Origin: a virus
Reading direction: 5' to 3' (one strand)
DNA length: 64,000 nucleotides
Virus record (IMG/VR): IMGVR_UViG_3300045988_172778
Location: 64,001 to 128,000 of that record
In this document: piece after piece, positions 60,492 through 64,000 of the stretch
Position numbering within the stretch: the first letter of the stretch is position 1
Layout: every line of letters begins with the position of its first letter
Translations under genes and position numbers: made by a program
The notes under the pieces: generated by a model
Told to the model about the DNA's origin: nothing
Databases searched by the model: none
The model's input: only the letters and a program-made list of their open reading frames with translations

Positions 60492-61575
60492 AAACTCGGT
60501 GCCAGATATCTTGAGCAGCGATAGCCCAAAGTTGGTTAAATACGGAAGTGCCCAGCCGAGAGAAATGCTCGTCGCGGCGACTGCGACATATAAAAGTCGT
60601 AGGTATAGCGCCACCGTTAAGCGCGCCAGTTATTGGGGTCAACTAAAGGCGGCGGCTTGTTAAGCCGTGTAGCAACCCCATAAAACTCTATAATTGCACA
60701 GCGGGTTACGGATAAGGGTGCGGCGCCAATAAGCCGAAATCAATGCAGTACATAAGGGACTGATAGTTTACTGAGAAACAGAAAATCTCAAAGCTGTGAA
60801 ATTTAATAGGTGCTACGAAGCATTGGATTGCCTGATTAAGTTTAATCACAGAAAGGGGATAGGATGGCTGTTTAAAGAGCCCTTTTGAAAGAACAAGCAG
60901 TAGTTAAATGGAGTTTGAGGAACAGCCTATTAAAAAGTTTGAGCAGGGAACTTATTAAAATGCTCGATTATAAATAGTGGTGCTTCACTACTTGTCAGAT
61001 TATTATTTCGTATTTTTATTATTCTAGCGTGAAATGCGCCTGCGAATAATATCGAAGTTATGAAAGGTGAAGTTAAATGATTACACGCAAGTTTCAAGCC
61101 ATTATTTGCCCATTAAAGGGGCAACAATAAATCTGACCTACAAGAGGTTGGATTAAACCTCGCCTGTATAGGAGAGCATACTCACTACAAATGCAGGTAG
61201 TGAGTTACGGACGAAGAGAGTAGCATCAAATTGTCACGCCGCTGACCAATATGCGGGGTACAAGTGGTTGGGTCGACAAGTATTAAAAACAGAGATAACT
61301 CGAGCTGTTTGTTTCCGTATGTACGGTTTCTCCCCAAAGTACACGGGGATAGGGTTATATATGCCCGTGTTGGTGCGATTATGAGCTGTTCGATTCGGTT
61401 CGCGGGCAAAGTTACCGTTTGCTTGAAAACGGCGAGGAGCGCATCGTTATAAGGCGCTGAGTTTTCGTAAATGTACTCTCAACATACGCAACCCCAACCA
61501 GATATGACTGGTCTTGATAGATAAAACACGAATGCGCTCAACCTTGCGTAATGGCAGGCTTAAATGGGGTTATAT
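60492..61575 (+). ncRNA. candidate large structured ncRNA, about 1.08 kb, unclassified (GOLLD/ROOL-like context)
   Basis: No SD-linked ORF, visibly G+C-richer than its flanks, many helices. Lies between a consensus promoter and tRNA-Ser. Confidence 0.45.
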
Positions 61576-61664
61576 GGAAAGTTGGCAGAGCGGCTGAATG
61601 CGACGGTCTTGAAAACCGCTTAGGCTAAATACCTACTGGGGTTCGAATCCCTAACTTTCCGCCA
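61576..61664 (+). tRNA. tRNA-Ser (anticodon TGA), CCA encoded
   Basis: Acceptor GGAAAGT/ACTTTCC; loop CTTGAAA; 17-nt variable arm; T-loop TTCGAAT. Confidence 0.85.
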
Positions 61665-61702
61665 GTCCCAAGATGATAACTTGGCGTTGTCCACAAAATA
61701 AC

Positions 61703-61731
61703 TTGACAAAGTTCACAAAGTGTACTATACT
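61703..61731 (+). promoter_or_regulatory. promoter cassette 13, internal to the tRNA array
   Basis: TTGACA, 17 nt, TATACT. Confidence 0.6.
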
Positions 61732-61817
61732 TAACTTATCACAATCAAGTATGGTGAAAACCATCAAGCATCTGTTGGGTATGCTCTAATAGGTCTCATC
61801 AACCAACCCAACTTTAC

Positions 61818-61911
61818 GGAAGTTTACTCAATGTTGGCAAAGAGGACGGTTTGCTAAACCGTTAGGTCTTCGTAAGAAGGCGAGCAGGATCGACACCTGC
61901 AACTTCCGCCA
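61818..61911 (+). tRNA. tRNA-Ser (anticodon GCT), CCA encoded
   Basis: Acceptor GGAAGTT/AACTTCC; loop TTGCTAA; 21-nt variable arm; atypical T-loop ATCGACA. Confidence 0.8.
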
Positions 61912-62038
61912 GTAACGTTATACGGATGGTCGCTGTATAGCGGGCTTGCAAGCTTAAATTTCACACGCCTCTCACAGAAGCGTACCACGTGAAATGACCA
62001 AAAGAAGAGTGTGGGATTTATCCCGCATTCTTCAACAT

Positions 62039-62085
62039 TGCCAAGTAGCGAAATTGGTAGACGCCTCGGAAAGACGAGGGTGCAT
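62039..62085 (+). pseudogene. tRNA-like 5' fragment (acceptor strand plus Leu-type D-arm plus GAAA-type hairpin) fused to tRNA-His
   Basis: TGCCAAGTAGCGAAATTGGTAGACGC matches 24 of 26 nt of the 5' part of the tRNA at 62658. No T-arm or 3' acceptor strand is present. Confidence 0.5.
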
Positions 62086-62160
62086 GGGGAATATGGTGTA
62101 ACGGTAACACGGCAGTTTGTGGCACTGCCATTCAGCGTTCGACTCGCTGTTTTCCCACCA
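62086..62160 (+). tRNA. tRNA-His (anticodon GTG) with encoded G-1, CCA encoded
   Basis: D stem GTGT/ACAC; anticodon stem GCAGT/ACTGC; loop TTGTGGC; T stem CAGCG/CGCTG. Confidence 0.8.
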
Positions 62161-62657
62161 TTAAAATGAACAACATGTAATAGGAACATATGCGGGGTAA
62201 AGTGCATTTGAGTAGCAAAATCCTCGTTAGCTTAAAATCTGGCGTCTGCTCATATGGCTGAAGGAGCCCTTGTTGTCTTCGATATTTAAGGAGTAGTGAC
62301 CTGGCAAAGTTGAAACGATACATACAATGCCCGTACCAATACGTATTGGATAAATATCAAAGCGTTATCGCCCTACCGATACGTTAAATCGGGGAATCTG
62401 TATTAGGGGTTTACTGAGATTCTCAAATCATTTAATACGGTAAATGAGGTGAGTAGATTAAATTCAATAAAGCATTCTTTGAATCGAGGGTTTGGATGTG
62501 GTGAGGCTACAAAGACCAACCAACGGTGTCTTAGGGTAAAGTAGAAGAGATTTGTGTTTTATTGAATTTTAGTTTAAAAACAACGGAATACGAATTTGTA
62601 TTTCGAAATTCGGATTGGCGTTTATTCGTAAGTGAGGTGCAAACTCAAACGCTATAT
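62161..62657 (+). ncRNA. candidate structured ncRNA spacer, about 0.5 kb
   Basis: ORF-free; shares the motifs ATATGCGGGGTA..AAGTG and GTTTACTGAGA..TCTCAAA with 60492-61575. Confidence 0.35.
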
Positions 62658-62742
62658 TGCCGAGTGGCGAAATTGGTAGACGCATCAGATTTTGATTCTG
62701 ACGACGAAAGTCATGGGGGTTCAAGTCCCTCCTCGGTAGCCA
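62658..62742 (+). tRNA. class-II (long variable arm) tRNA with anticodon TTG (Gln codons); amino-acid identity uncertain
   Basis: Acceptor TGCCGAG/CTCGGTA (U1-A72); G73; Leu-like D-arm; stem TCAGA/TCTGA; loop TTTTGAT; 13-nt variable arm; T-loop TTCAAGT; CCA. Confidence 0.75.
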
Positions 62743-63053
62743 AAGGTTTCTAGTGTTCCTTTATAAACTAGCGGTAGTGATGCCGATAATAAGAGAGTTG
62801 GATTTAAAAACTTTACTGCCCTAACAGTGTAAATAAGCAAGTAGTCAACTTTAAATGAGGAACTTTAGGGGCTCTACCTTATACATCAGTTTTCTTTTCT
62901 AATTCTAAACTAAAAAGAAATAGTAACCATTATGCCGCATATACCTTCATACGGCGGGGAAGAAGGAAGAGAAGGCGGAGTTTGGGATCGTGCGCACAAG
63001 TCGGCACCCATCGAGGCAATTACTTCGGTTAGGCGTAAGATTGCTACGTTTTT
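62743..63053 (+). other. ORF-free spacer, possible structured RNA
   Basis: No SD-linked ORF; hairpins such as aaagg..ccttt at the 5' end. Confidence 0.25.
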
Positions 63054-63087
63054 ACGAGTTTTTCGGTGAATAAAACTCGTATTTTAT
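63054..63087 (+). terminator. terminator-like hairpin plus U-tract abutting tRNA-Trp
   Basis: 9-bp stem acgagtttt/aaaactcgt followed by ATTTTAT. Confidence 0.4.
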
Positions 63088-63162
63088 GCACCTTTGGTAT
63101 AACGGTATTATCCTGGCCTCCAAAGCCATGGGATCTGAGTTCAAATCTTAGAGGGTGTGCCA
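63088..63162 (+). tRNA. tRNA-Trp (anticodon CCA), CCA encoded; weak D-stem
   Basis: Acceptor GCACCTT/AGGGTGT (with G.U pairs); loop CTCCAAA; T arm CTGAG-TTCAAAT-CTTAG. Confidence 0.65.
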
Positions 63163-63243
63163 GAACCCTGCGGTAGGTATACATACGCGCAGTCCGAAGC
63201 TATTGGCGGATATGGAATTTGTGTATAGCTAGCACACTACGAC

Positions 63244-63292
63244 GGAGTGGACGGGGTTTCCCGCGTACCAGACAAAAGAAACCACTCCACCA
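63244..63292 (+). other. acceptor-stem minihelix ending in CCACCA, abutting the tRNA-Pro 5' end
   Basis: GGAGTGG ... CCACTCC-A-CCA, with an internal CGGG/CCCG hairpin. Confidence 0.35.
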
Positions 63293-63369
63293 CGGGGTGT
63301 AGCGCAGCTTGATAGCGCGTTCGGTTTGGGACCGAAAGGTCGGAAGTTTGAATCTTCTCACCCCGACCA
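63293..63369 (+). tRNA. tRNA-Pro (anticodon TGG), CCA encoded
   Basis: Acceptor CGGGGTG/CACCCCG; D stem GCGC/GCGC; loop TTTGGGA; T-loop TTTGAAT. Confidence 0.85.
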
Positions 63370-63436
63370 TCGCCGCGTCGGTTCGAACCCGACCAATGAT
63401 TGCAAGGAACGGCAATTATAGTGGATAGCGGCACGT

Positions 63437-63513
63437 GCACTCATCGCCTAAACGGAATAAGGCTTCGGATTTGTAACCCGAGGATGCGGAATCATACTCC
63501 GCTGAGTGCTCCA
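63437..63513 (+). tRNA. tRNA-Thr (anticodon TGT), CCA encoded
   Basis: Acceptor GCACTCA/TGAGTGC; loop TTTGTAA; T arm GCGGA-ATCATAC-TCCGC (atypical loop). Confidence 0.75.
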
Positions 63514-63583
63514 GTGAGCTGTTGAATGTCAACATCATTCAGTCGATTGGAAATAATTTGGCGATTGTTTCCAAAATATTTTT

Positions 63584-63621
63584 AGAAACCGTGTTATTTT
63601 GCTTGACACGGTTTCTTTTTT
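63584..63621 (+). terminator. terminator hairpin wrapped round the next -35 box; ends the RNA locus
   Basis: 10-bp stem agaaaccgtg/cacggtttct followed by T6. Confidence 0.65.
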
Positions 63622-63631
63622 GTGTTATAAT
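63603..63631 (+). promoter_or_regulatory. promoter cassette 14
   Basis: TTGACA, 17 nt, TGtTATAAT. Confidence 0.7.
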
Positions 63632-63652
63632 AATCACATATAGGAGGTAGCT

Positions 63653-64000
63653 ATGGGAAATTTCATTTTAGTAATGGGTTTATCAGGAAGCGGAAAATCA
63701 TATTGGACAAATAACGTTGCCGATGATGAGGGCATGGTTATTTTGTCGAGCGACGCGCTTCGGAAAGAATTTTACGGCGACGAAAATATTCAAGATAACC
63801 CCGCCTTTATATTCGAGCAAATGCGTATAAGAACGTTACAGGCGTTAAAAGAAGGTAAAAGCGTTACTTACGACGCGACTAACCTCAGCTCGAAGCGTCG
63901 TAAGGCGTTGTTGAAGCAATTGCCCAAAGATGTTTATAAAATCTGTCATTGTATTATTACGCCCCTCGAAAAATGTATCGAGAACGATTCAAAAAGAGAA
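63653..64000 (+). CDS. P-loop kinase, polynucleotide-kinase-like (3' truncated by the window edge)
   Basis: AGGAGG SD; MGNFILVMGLSGSGKSYW..LSSDALRKEF..; open to the last base of the window. Confidence 0.55.
   Translation, partial: MGNFILVMGLSGSGKSYWTNNVADDEGMVILSSDALRKEFYGDENIQDNPAFIFEQMRIRTLQALKEGKSVTYDATNLSSKRRKALLKQLPKDVYKICHCIITPLEKCIENDSKRE

Noticed and set aside
60492-61575. The large non-coding block as tmRNA, RNase P RNA, rRNA fragment or group II intron
   Set aside because: I saw no tRNA-Ala-like ends or tag ORF, no GAGGAAAGTCC-type P4 motif, no GUGYG 5' end or domain-V-like hairpin, and no reverse transcriptase ORF. This was by eye only and still needs covariance-model searches.
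61185-63440. Short ORFs in the RNA locus: 61185-61409(-), 61264-61452(+), 61854-62207(-), 62132-62323(-), 62562-62753(+), 63200-63415(-) and 63237-63440(-)
   Set aside because: None has an SD, several overlap clear tRNA genes, and their composition is unlike local coding sequence.
1-64000. Genome-wide stop-codon reassignment, prompted by the in-frame TAG at 49026 and TAA at 24391
   Set aside because: All other genes terminate normally at TAA, TAG or TGA with coupled downstream starts. None of the seven tRNAs has a CTA, TTA or TCA anticodon. These are isolated cases, better explained as pseudogenes, errors or alternative starts.
1-64000. CRISPR arrays, retron or DGR elements, integrase or att sites, transposases
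   Set aside because: There are no regularly spaced direct repeats, no reverse transcriptase, and no recombinase or transposase ORFs. The repeated elements present are promoter cassettes and paralogous coding modules.

Overview
This is a 64-kb stretch of a large, tightly packed phage genome. All genes are on the + strand. Strong GGAGG ribosome-binding sites and sigma-70-type promoters suggest a low-GC Firmicutes-type host. Positions 1-18.1 kb are the end of a late tail module. It is dominated by a tape measure gene of about 3,130 codons, split into three exons by two group I-like introns, each carrying its own endonuclease ORF. From 18.1 kb onward there are about 100 early/middle genes, organised behind 14 near-identical TTGACA-17-TATAAT promoter cassettes. 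Recognisable products are a Toprim primase, DnaE-type polymerase, Cas4-like nuclease, RuvC-like resolvase, N6-adenine methyltransferase, ERF annealase, DnaB-like helicase, pyrimidine-dimer glycosylase, NADAR, cREC, SPFH, a GT2-TPR glycosyltransferase, and free-standing HNH-AP2 and zinc-ribbon/Vsr-like endonucleases. Most other genes are small Cys-rich or paralogous ORFs of unknown function. The most unusual part is an ORF-free RNA locus of about 3.1 kb (60.5-63.6 kb). It holds seven tRNAs, including a class-II tRNA with a Gln anticodon, tRNA-like fragments, and long structured spacers of up to 1.08 kb. These spacers are candidates for giant phage ncRNAs. A PNK-like kinase gene follows the locus. 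All family assignments come from reading motifs by eye; no searches were run.
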